Positions 30,189-38,194 of a DNA stretch of 64,000 bases are shown here, in pieces. The DNA lies in contig CBDHHL010000032.1 in NCBI GenBank assembly GCA_965263355.1, forward strand, positions 1,408,001 to 1,472,000, in the 5' to 3' direction. The translations under genes and the position numbers were made by a program. The first letter of the stretch is position 1; every line of letters begins with the position of its first letter. The stretch comes from Leptolyngbyaceae cyanobacterium. GTDB lineage: Bacteria; Cyanobacteriota; Cyanobacteriia; Phormidesmidales; Phormidesmidaceae. The notes beneath the pieces were generated by a model. The model was not told where the DNA came from, made no database searches, and worked only from the letters and a program-made list of their open reading frames with translations.

Positions 30189-30551
30189 ATGCAACCGATG
30201 GAACCGATGCTTGGGCAGATCACTATATTTGCGGGCAACTTTGCCCCTAGAGGCTGGATGTTTTGTGATGGTAGAGAAATGCTAATCAACGATAATGACG
30301 CTCTGTATAGCATACTAGGAACTACCTATGGAGGCGATGGACGACGTACCTTTGCCCTACCCGATCTTCGAGGTCGTGTGCCTGTTCATGAGGATTCTGA
30401 TCATAGGCAAGGAAGCCAGGGTAACCTCACAAACGAGCTCACGCAGTATGAACGTGGTAAAGGAATAGAAACAGGAGCCGCACCTTATTTAGCCGTTAAC
30501 TACATCATTGCAGTTCAGGGTATATTTCCCTCTCGCAACAACTACTACTAA
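30189..30551 (+). CDS. Phage tail-collar domain protein (microcystin-dependent protein MdpB-like)
   Basis: GQITIFAGNFAPRGWMFCDG...LYSILGTTYGGDG..TFALPDLRGR, C-terminal PYLAVNYIIAVQGIFPSR; GGAGA RBS before ATG 30189. Confidence 0.9.
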   Translation: MQPMEPMLGQITIFAGNFAPRGWMFCDGREMLINDNDALYSILGTTYGGDGRRTFALPDLRGRVPVHEDSDHRQGSQGNLTNELTQYERGKGIETGAAPYLAVNYIIAVQGIFPSRNNYY

Positions 30552-30589
30552 GCTCTGGTGACCAATGGGATGATGGGCGATCTCACTAA

Positions 30590-30630
30590 TCTCTATCGGC
30601 GTTCCTCATGTAAGGGAACGCCGATAGAGA
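30590..30630 (+). terminator. Strong hairpin after the tail-collar gene (terminator or RNA stabiliser)
   Basis: 16-bp perfect stem TCTCTATCGGCGTTCC / GGAACGCCGATAGAGA, 9-nt loop, no clear U-tract. Confidence 0.55.
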
Positions 30631-30683
30631 ATCGCCTGGTTCGAGACTAATCCTCGAACCTTCCTAGCCCTTTACAACTTCCC

Positions 30684-30727
30684 AAAAAGATTTTTCTTAG
30701 ATCTGTGCATTTAAGAAAAATCTTTTT
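30684..30727. promoter_or_regulatory. AT-rich 16-bp inverted repeat upstream of the LodA-like gene
   Basis: AAAAAGATTTTTCTTA-N12-TAAGAAAAATCTTTTT. Confidence 0.45.
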
Positions 30728-30974
30728 CCTTAAGAAACTGAGGTGATGGCTATCGCTGAGTGTTCTCAGATGACGGATTCGGGAATATCACAAAATATAA
30801 CTTATTTTGTTAAGTGTTAAATACTAAAGACGTTAGATAGATATCAAACGAGAGAATGTAGGATAACAAAGGTATAAAGACCAAAATCGTTACCTTTTGC
30901 GACATATGTCTGCTTTATACGTTGTTTAGATAGCCAGTGTATTTCCAGCTGTCATACTACTGTTTGAGGCCCTA

Positions 30975-33014
30975 TTGATGAGCACAGATAACGCTGCCAA
31001 AAATATTGCTTACGTTGCCATTCATCCCGGTATTGGTATTGCCCGAGTTGGCAATTGTCGAGAGGAGAATGGATACTACATCGGTCCTGAAGTGACTAAT
31101 CCTAGATACGATGATCCTGGCCATGCCAAGGAAAAGCATGGAAAACATCCTGGACATTATCAGCCTGGCCAGATGAAGGATGATACAGGGGCGCTCAAAC
31201 GTCAGGCCGCTCGTTTTCGCATCTATGGCTATGACAAAGATGGTAATGCGATTTGTGAGATCACAGCAGATGATCCGAAGACTACCATTGAATGGACGGT
31301 GGAAATTGCCAATAAAAAAGCTGGATGGTATGAATTCGTTGAAGCCCTAGACCTCCCCGGTGGTCCTAAGGCCGATCGCCGAAATGCTAATATTCCTAAA
31401 AAAGATCGCCACAAATTAGAAATTCGACCCGAGCCCCAATCTATCTCAGGTAAACATCAAACATCGTCACCATTTGACGATGGTGAATTTATGGGCAAAA
31501 AGGTCTATCTGGGAGAACTTCGTACCGACGGCAAAGGACGATTATTGTTTTTAGGGGGATATGGCGAGTCTCACTCAGCCTATGCTGATAATCCACCTGC
31601 CAGCTTTGGTAACAACAATGGCTGGTGTGATGATATGTCTGATGGTTCAGTGTTGGCCAAGGTCACCATTGATGGCAAGACCTTTGAGGCTGATCCGGCC
31701 TGGGTGGTAACGGCACCGCCCAACTATGGAACTACCCTGATCGGTGTGAAAACCATGTGTGATGTGATGACCGATGTGTTTATCAATCCCACTGCGCGAA
31801 GTTATTGGTGGTCTTTTCCTAAGGAGATTTCGTTTACAAAACATATTCTGCCCATTTTTCAACAGTTTAGTGATGCCCAATGGGTGAACTATGGCTTCTC
31901 AGTGCAATTTGGCTACAATGGGCCATTTGACTTTACCAATAAGGCCTTTCTCAAGAAGCTGTCTCAAATCCCTTGTAAAACTGAGTCTAGCGGTTCACAA
32001 ACAGATGTTTACCAGGAATTTCGACGACAAATTTACAATCAGTTCCGTCTGCCCACACAAACAGAACCCAAATTTCAACCGGATCCCAACTCTCCGACGG
32101 TGCAGCTATGGCCCTGGATGTATGGGGATACGGTACAGCTGGGAGGAGCACCCCAGGATGCCAATCAGTATCTGTGTTTGACCAATACGCAACTGATGAT
32201 TTTAGAAAAATGGGTCGAGGGTGATTTTATCGATGATTTGAAATTTCATCATGGCGATGGCACCCATGTTGATATCGCCAAACTCTATCACCATACCCAT
32301 ACCCACATTGAAAAGTATCCCATTGAGGAACAACCGTTAGAACTGGATCGGGCGGCCATGCATTTCTGTCTTGGCGGTGCATTTCACCCAGGTTGTGAGA
32401 TGACCTGGCCCATGCGCCATGCCACCATGTATAGGGCTCCTTTCCGGATCCGTCCCCGCACAGACAAAAATCCCGAACCGGACTATGGCGACCATTTAAG
32501 CCACAAAGAGGTGGTGGATGATAACGGACCATTGTATTTTAATGCGCCTGGGGATATTACTCGCTGGATGGCGGTACCCTGGCAGACGGATACCTCTAGC
32601 TGTCGGTCTGGTTATATTCCCAAGTATGATCCATTTTTGCCCACGTTCTGGCCTGCACGGGTGCCGAACCATGTGCTGACTAAAAAGGATTATGCCATTG
32701 TGATGGATCCTAAAAAGAAGAAAGAAGAGCGTTTAGAGGCCTTTAATCGTCGAGCAGTATGGTTACGGGGGTTACCAGGGGAATATTTGAGCCAGATTCG
32801 TGAGATGGTGACAGAATTTGGCAAGCTAGGAGTTGTGGAGAAGAGAGAAGGCCCTGAGGATCCAGAGTTTCCGGATGTGATCTATGTGGAGTCTGAAGTG
32901 GGCTATGAAGAACCGGAATCTCCCGATAAAAACTTGCTATGTGAGTATGTGCCATCGGCAAATGAGGCGCGCTACTGGCGTGAGCGTCAGGAACGGTTAG
33001 GCGGCGATCGCTAG
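30975..33014 (+). CDS. LodA/GoxA-family CTQ-dependent amino-acid oxidase
   Basis: IHPGIGIARVGN, LKRQAARFRIYGY, GWCDDMSDG, GGAFHPGCEMTW, GDITRWMAVPWQTDTSSC (Asp-x3-Cys), FWPARVP. Confidence 0.93.
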   Translation: MMSTDNAAKNIAYVAIHPGIGIARVGNCREENGYYIGPEVTNPRYDDPGHAKEKHGKHPGHYQPGQMKDDTGALKRQAARFRIYGYDKDGNAICEITADDPKTTIEWTVEIANKKAGWYEFVEALDLPGGPKADRRNANIPKKDRHKLEIRPEPQSISGKHQTSSPFDDGEFMGKKVYLGELRTDGKGRLLFLGGYGESHSAYADNPPASFGNNNGWCDDMSDGSVLAKVTIDGKTFEADPAWVVTAPPNYGTTLIGVKTMCDVMTDVFINPTARSYWWSFPKEISFTKHILPIFQQFSDAQWVNYGFSVQFGYNGPFDFTNKAFLKKLSQIPCKTESSGSQTDVYQEFRRQIYNQFRLPTQTEPKFQPDPNSPTVQLWPWMYGDTVQLGGAPQDANQYLCLTNTQLMILEKWVEGDFIDDLKFHHGDGTHVDIAKLYHHTHTHIEKYPIEEQPLELDRAAMHFCLGGAFHPGCEMTWPMRHATMYRAPFRIRPRTDKNPEPDYGDHLSHKEVVDDNGPLYFNAPGDITRWMAVPWQTDTSSCRSGYIPKYDPFLPTFWPARVPNHVLTKKDYAIVMDPKKKKEERLEAFNRRAVWLRGLPGEYLSQIREMVTEFGKLGVVEKREGPEDPEFPDVIYVESEVGYEEPESPDKNLLCEYVPSANEARYWRERQERLGGDR

Positions 33015-33095
33015 ACCCACCCCGGAGCCCCTCCCAGGAGGGGAAAAGTTGTCCCGAGTGCCAGTGAGGGTTGTGGTAGATAGTTTTGCTAATCT

Positions 33096-34211
33096 ATGCC
33101 TACTGATTCAACAATGTTGACAGCTGACGTTGCCATTGCAGGCTCCGGCCCAGCTGGTTCCATCGCTGCCCTTGTTTTAGCCCAGAAAGGTCATTCAGTT
33201 TGTTTGATCGACGACGTGCAACCCGGTGCTCCAAAAGTGGGCGAGTCTCTCCCAGGGGCGGCTCGCCCATTGTTACGAGATTTAGGTCTGCTCACACTTG
33301 TGGAGGCGGGGGGCCATACCCCTTGTTATGGCAATCTCTCGGTATGGGGTTCCGATCAGGTAATCGAAACGGATTTTATCCGCGATCCGAATGGGTTGGG
33401 CTGGCATTTGGATCGGCCTAAATTTGATGAATCTCTTCGACAGGCTGCTTTAGCTGCAGGGGCACAGTACCATCAGTCGCGGGTTAGCTCAGTGCTGTGG
33501 TCTGGTGAGAATTGGTTGGTGACGTTGTCGTCTGGGCAAGAGATAACAATGCACTGGGTGTTGGATGCGACGGGGCGGCGGGCGGCACTGGCACGTCAGC
33601 TGGGGGCACGGCGGCAGCGGGATGATGATTTGGTGGCGGTGGTGACCTGGGTGCCGTCTTCTGAAGAGGATCGAGATACGCGGACGCTAATTGAGGCGGT
33701 GCCGGATGGATGGTGGTATACAGCGCGGTTACCGGGAGTTAAGCCTCAGCGGGTGGTGGTGTTTCATACGGTGCCGCAGGTGGCGGGTAGGCTACGGCGT
33801 GAGCCTAAGGTCTGGCTGGATTATTTGTCTCAGGCGCATCAGGTAAGCCGCGTGTTGGGGCGTATTTTGTCGGCGGATGAGCTGGCGGCGATGGTGGCGG
33901 CTCCTAAGCCGTTTTTGTTGACGGAGGCTTGCGGGGCGCGGTTGGATCGGTTTTGGGGGCCGGGCTGGTTGGCGGTGGGAGATGCGGCGCTTTCGTTTGA
34001 TCCGTTATCGTCCCAGGGGATTTTTAATGGGTTGTATACGGGGATGATGGCGGGGCGGACGGTGGATGCGGTTTTGTCGGGGCAGGCGGATGTACTACAA
34101 GGATATGCGACTCAGTTGGAAAGTATTCGGGCAGCGTATTTAAGACACCAGCAAATGTTTTATCAGGCAGAAGAGAGATGGTATAAGAATACGTTTTGGG
34201 CTCAGCGCTGA
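33096..34211 (+). CDS. LodB/GoxB-like FAD-dependent oxidoreductase (CTQ maturation flavoprotein)
   Basis: GSGPAG, KVGESLP, GWHLDR, DATGR, EAVPDGWWY, VGDAALSFDPLSSQGI; directly downstream of the LodA-like gene. Confidence 0.88.
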   Translation: MPTDSTMLTADVAIAGSGPAGSIAALVLAQKGHSVCLIDDVQPGAPKVGESLPGAARPLLRDLGLLTLVEAGGHTPCYGNLSVWGSDQVIETDFIRDPNGLGWHLDRPKFDESLRQAALAAGAQYHQSRVSSVLWSGENWLVTLSSGQEITMHWVLDATGRRAALARQLGARRQRDDDLVAVVTWVPSSEEDRDTRTLIEAVPDGWWYTARLPGVKPQRVVVFHTVPQVAGRLRREPKVWLDYLSQAHQVSRVLGRILSADELAAMVAAPKPFLLTEACGARLDRFWGPGWLAVGDAALSFDPLSSQGIFNGLYTGMMAGRTVDAVLSGQADVLQGYATQLESIRAAYLRHQQMFYQAEERWYKNTFWAQR

Positions 34212-34264
34212 ATTGCTAAATCTACACTCGTCCTACAGAGCATCCACAACGAAGAAAATACCAC

Positions 34265-34442
34265 GTAGGGTGGGCAAATGCCTATGGATATCCGTTATCC
34301 CCTTACCAATATCTATGCTTCCCACCATCACCGATGCTGCCCATTGAGTAAAAATCTTGAAAGAGGTGGGCAAAATGTAACGGTTGACAATGGCGCAGGA
34401 TATCTAGCCTACCATTCTACGTGTTGACTATGCTCACTCTAC
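34265..34442. repeat. Degenerate GTAGGGTGGGCA-type REP-like repeats
   Basis: GTAGGGTGGGCA at 34265 with decayed inverted partners (TTCCCACCATCAC, TGCTCACTCTAC); a reverse-complement TGCCCACCCTAC occurs at 48091. Confidence 0.5.
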
Positions 34443-34556
34443 TCTGACTCGTACTCAACAATTTATGACCATCCTATTAAGATAAAACAGTACTGCATCA
34501 ACCTTATTAGGGGCCATTATCACCAAGAAAAGCAGTCCACACTGGGGCTCATAAAA

Positions 34557-34612
34557 ATTTTCAACACTTGGTCTGACTTGCTTTGCTATGCTGCTTAGTG
34601 GATAAAGTCGAG
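34557..34612 (+). mobile_element. Solo right end of the IS701-family element
   Basis: 56 bp matching the reverse complement of 21086-21141, including the transposase stop codon and TIR TGGATAAAGTCGAG. Confidence 0.9.
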
Positions 34613-34773
34613 GTCAGGTGAGAAAATGGCGAAAAGTAGGATCTTCCTTAAACTGTATCCAGCTTATAAACAACGCAGTTATAAATGAGCTAGAACAATA
34701 ATATAGACAAAAAGTATCAGTAAATTGGAAGCTTAAGCAGTCTGAATTTCGCGCCATCTAACCATGTACTAAA

Positions 34774-35013
34774 ATGTTACTTTTTGAGCGGGGTCACTTT
34801 ATCTATGGCGGAACAACAGTTGCACTGTCGATGTTGATAACGGCAACTGCATGCCAGCCAGAAAATTTGTCAACACACTACATCGGCGATATTTTGCAGC
34901 CAATTGTGTTACCCAATAGTTTTGAACCCCCCGGCGATAAGTCCCCTAATCGGACTTCAGGCCTTGGTTCTCGTAGTTACCGGCAGCAGCCCTTTCAGAC
35001 AAGAATGGGGTAG
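34774..35013 (+). CDS. Small putative lipoprotein carrying the DUF928 N-terminal FxPPGD...TSGxGSR motif
   Basis: Hydrophobic segment ending ITATA-C; FEPPGDKSPNRTSGLGSR is 12/18 identical to the motif in the DUF928 protein. Confidence 0.65.
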   Translation: MLLFERGHFIYGGTTVALSMLITATACQPENLSTHYIGDILQPIVLPNSFEPPGDKSPNRTSGLGSRSYRQQPFQTRMG

Positions 35014-35037
35014 TCTAGAAAATATCAATAATGGTTA

Positions 35038-37788
35038 CTACGTCAAATGGGTAGACGGGCACTGATTGGTGGGTTTGCCTAATAAGCTGCTAATTAATTG
35101 CTGATTTTCTTCACTCTCAGTTTGCTGGAGATATTCTAGGGCAATTTGGCCGACGGCAGGTTTTTCCTGGGAAATCATAACCAGTTGTTTTACAGTTTGT
35201 TGTAGTTGAATTCGCTTTAGTCGCTGGTTTGCCATAATAACAAATGCCAGGATAGACAGCCCCCAGGAGAGGACCGCCGGCAGCAAGGGTAACCATAAGC
35301 CTGCTAAAAAACTGGCATAACAGAGAAGAAATAGGACAATAAAACCCAGCGTGGCAATTGTTAAAACACGTCTCGGGGATTTGAGCCACCAAACCATACT
35401 GGTGCCCATCAATGCCCACATCAGCCCCCACAATTGTTCCTGGGGCTCCGACCATGTGTTTAATAGCGGTCGTTCATCCAGGGCTGCGGCTAACAGCTGA
35501 CTGATAATATTGGCATGGACTGCGATGCCCGCCATTTCCTCCTGGGGAAGTCCAAACCAAAAGGTATTGTAGGGGGTACCCACCAGGTTTTGGACACTCT
35601 CGGCAATGGGACCAACCAGAACAATGCGATCGCGCATCGCCCCTGTGGGTACATTTCCCGTCAATACTTGCTGTAAAGAATAGGTTTGGAATTTACTTTG
35701 AGTACCCCAATAGTTAATCAAGATTTGATAGCCACCATCATCTGCCCGGACATAGCCGCCATGATTACTTCGGAAGGGATAAAGCGTGGCCTGTCCTAAC
35801 CGAACGATGTGGGAAGACTGAGGTAACTCATTTGGATGAATGCCATCCGCCTTCAAATAATCTAAAGTTAGCTTTAAGGCAAGACTATGACGAAGTTTTC
35901 CATCGGGTGTACGCAGAGAGAGCAGGGCTCGCCGTAGGTTACCATCAGAATCAAATACCTGGTCTGTAAATCCTACCTGGTCAAGGCTAGCCAGTTGGAC
36001 AGGAGGTGCCACCTGGGTGCCAACAACTTTTTCAATGCCTACTAGATTCGGCATTGTGGCAAATAGCTGGTTAAGCTGTTGTGTGCCTGGTTCAACAGGC
36101 AAATCACGATAAAAAATTAGACCAATTTGTCGGGGTTGCTGAGCCGCCAGCTGTCGTAGGACATCCGCAATCACTTGGTCAGGAATAGGATAGCGGCCTA
36201 TCCGTTGTAAATCTGTTTCATCAATGGTAACTAGGGTAATGCGAGGATCCATCGGCACAGTGCCATGGCGTAGTTGAAAAAAACCATCTAGCAACGTCCA
36301 TTCACTTCCCTGTAGCCAACCGGTCAGACACAGTAACCATACCAATAGAGCCGTTGCCCCGCCCACCAAGAAAACCCACCAGGGAGGAATACGTAACCGC
36401 TTAACCCGTTGTCGGCTGGTTAATTTTGCCTGGGCCAGTACCTGATTGGCTTCGCGGGTAACCGCCAGGGCAAATTGAATTTGTTCTCGCTGTTGTTGTT
36501 CTTCTTCTAACTGAGTTTCAATACGGTATTGTTCTTGTTGTTGGCTAATTCTCAAAAAACGATAATCTAAATCGCTCAGCTGTTTTTCATCAGCCCAGGC
36601 AATGGCTTCTTGTAAGGCCAACCCTTTAAGCAGACAAGTTGCGTCCGTTTGCTCGGTGGCAATCCAGTTATCAAAGGCGGCTGAATAAGGGCGCAGTAGG
36701 GATAACTGCCGCGTTACCCAACTATTGTTAAAGATATTTCGGTAAATTGGATTTTTAACTTGGAGATGTCCCTGACGATTGACCACTAGTCCTGAGAGAA
36801 GTAGCTCCGTTTGTTCCCGACTCCCGTCACAGGGAACGTCCTGGTTTGCTAAGATTTGCTGATAAAGCCCTAGTAAACGCCCCGTAAGGGTGGGTTGGTT
36901 GAGGATGCGATCGCGAATAGTCCTCAAATGTTCAGGCTCATCGCGAGTTTCCCAATTTTCAATCAATCGGGTTTGCACTACCCAGTTGATCCAGTTAGTC
37001 TGGGCTGCAGAGTCTGTCGGGGGAGGGGCTGCTTCGATCAGCTGCTGACATATTTTTTGAGTCAAAAACGGTTGACCGGCGGTCCATTCCAACACATCCG
37101 CCAGGTGAGAGGGCGACAGACCTAGCCCTTGCAATCCGGTGGCCAGGGGAGTGGCTTCTGCTAGCGAAAAGCCTTCCAATGTAATCGCTTGGCCAATATT
37201 AAAAGGCGTTCGTTGCCTATCCTGGAGTAAATCAGCTGGACTGGCTACCCCAAACATAGCAAACGTAATACGATGATAGTTGGGATCTATAGCACGTCTG
37301 TTATAGCAGTGGCGAATCGTCGCGAAAAAGTCATCAACCGCAAAGGGAAGTCCCAGAACATTGTCAATTTCGTCTAAAAAGATATAGAAATGGTCGTCTG
37401 GATATTGGGCCAGAAGTTGATCCCCAATAAAACGACTAAATTTCTGGGGTAATGAGACATCACGTTGGCACTGCCACCAGTGTTGAAAGTGCTCCTCATT
37501 AGGCAGCCGTAGATCATGCCATAGTTCAGCCAATAGCCCTTTGTACCACTGTATAGGCGTTACCCGTTTACTGCCGATGCTGGTTAAATCTACCATGGCA
37601 CAGCGATGGCCTGCCTGCTGCAGTCGGAACTTTGTCCGCACCATGAGGGAAGACTTGCCCATCTGCCGAGAATTGAGCACATAGCAAAATTCGCCTGCTG
37701 TGAGTGCTTTTAGCAAGCTCGTATCGGTCTGTCGCTCCACATAGGTGGGATCTGTTGCATGCAGAGTGCCACCAACTTGATATCGCAT
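35038..37788 (-). CDS. AAA_35 (STAND-like) ATPase fused to CHASE2 sensor domain
   Basis: YQVGGTL..YVERQ, LNSRQMGKSSL, IFLDEID; TM; CHASE2 motifs DPRITLVTIDETD, D.DG.LRR, GIAVHANIISQL; three C-terminal TM helices. Confidence 0.9.
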   Translation of the reverse strand: MRYQVGGTLHATDPTYVERQTDTSLLKALTAGEFCYVLNSRQMGKSSLMVRTKFRLQQAGHRCAMVDLTSIGSKRVTPIQWYKGLLAELWHDLRLPNEEHFQHWWQCQRDVSLPQKFSRFIGDQLLAQYPDDHFYIFLDEIDNVLGLPFAVDDFFATIRHCYNRRAIDPNYHRITFAMFGVASPADLLQDRQRTPFNIGQAITLEGFSLAEATPLATGLQGLGLSPSHLADVLEWTAGQPFLTQKICQQLIEAAPPPTDSAAQTNWINWVVQTRLIENWETRDEPEHLRTIRDRILNQPTLTGRLLGLYQQILANQDVPCDGSREQTELLLSGLVVNRQGHLQVKNPIYRNIFNNSWVTRQLSLLRPYSAAFDNWIATEQTDATCLLKGLALQEAIAWADEKQLSDLDYRFLRISQQQEQYRIETQLEEEQQQREQIQFALAVTREANQVLAQAKLTSRQRVKRLRIPPWWVFLVGGATALLVWLLCLTGWLQGSEWTLLDGFFQLRHGTVPMDPRITLVTIDETDLQRIGRYPIPDQVIADVLRQLAAQQPRQIGLIFYRDLPVEPGTQQLNQLFATMPNLVGIEKVVGTQVAPPVQLASLDQVGFTDQVFDSDGNLRRALLSLRTPDGKLRHSLALKLTLDYLKADGIHPNELPQSSHIVRLGQATLYPFRSNHGGYVRADDGGYQILINYWGTQSKFQTYSLQQVLTGNVPTGAMRDRIVLVGPIAESVQNLVGTPYNTFWFGLPQEEMAGIAVHANIISQLLAAALDERPLLNTWSEPQEQLWGLMWALMGTSMVWWLKSPRRVLTIATLGFIVLFLLCYASFLAGLWLPLLPAVLSWGLSILAFVIMANQRLKRIQLQQTVKQLVMISQEKPAVGQIALEYLQQTESEENQQLISSLLGKPTNQCPSTHLT

Positions 37789-38067
37789 AGGCTATAGCAA
37801 TTTTCTATGGCGATTCTGTTATTAATACTTCAAAAATAGAAAAATACTGCATCTGTTTTCGCTTATATTCAATTATTCAATAGGATGACCTAAATCATAG
37901 CAACAACAACTCAGTTTAATTTGTACTACTTTAATCTTCACTGGATAAGGCCTAAATGTCTTTAAGCATTAGAGGTGTTAGGCAATACAAATCTGAAATT
38001 ACTCACTTTTCTCACTATTTTCTCACTTGGACGACCTAACGGTACGGCAGTCAGAAGGGGACAATAT

Positions 38068-38092
38068 TCCGAACTCCGAACTCCGAATTCCG
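38068..38092. repeat. Heptamer short tandem repeat (STRR-like)
   Basis: TCCGAAC TCCGAAC TCCGAAT TCCG; related repeats at 50515-50555. Confidence 0.65.
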
Positions 38093-38194
38093 TAGGGCTT
38101 TGCCCTTCTCGCAGAGTACTCTAGATCTCTGAGAAAATCGTCCCGCTTTATATTGGTACTCCTCCTAAATTTAATCCTTGTTATCTAATAACAT

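Noticed and set aside
30189..30551. Prophage or contractile injection system
   Set aside because: Lone tail-collar gene; no sheath, tube, baseplate, capsid, terminase or integrase in the window.
34774..35013. PatS/PatX heterocyst-patterning peptide
   Set aside because: No RG(S/T)GR pentapeptide; the motif matches DUF928 instead.
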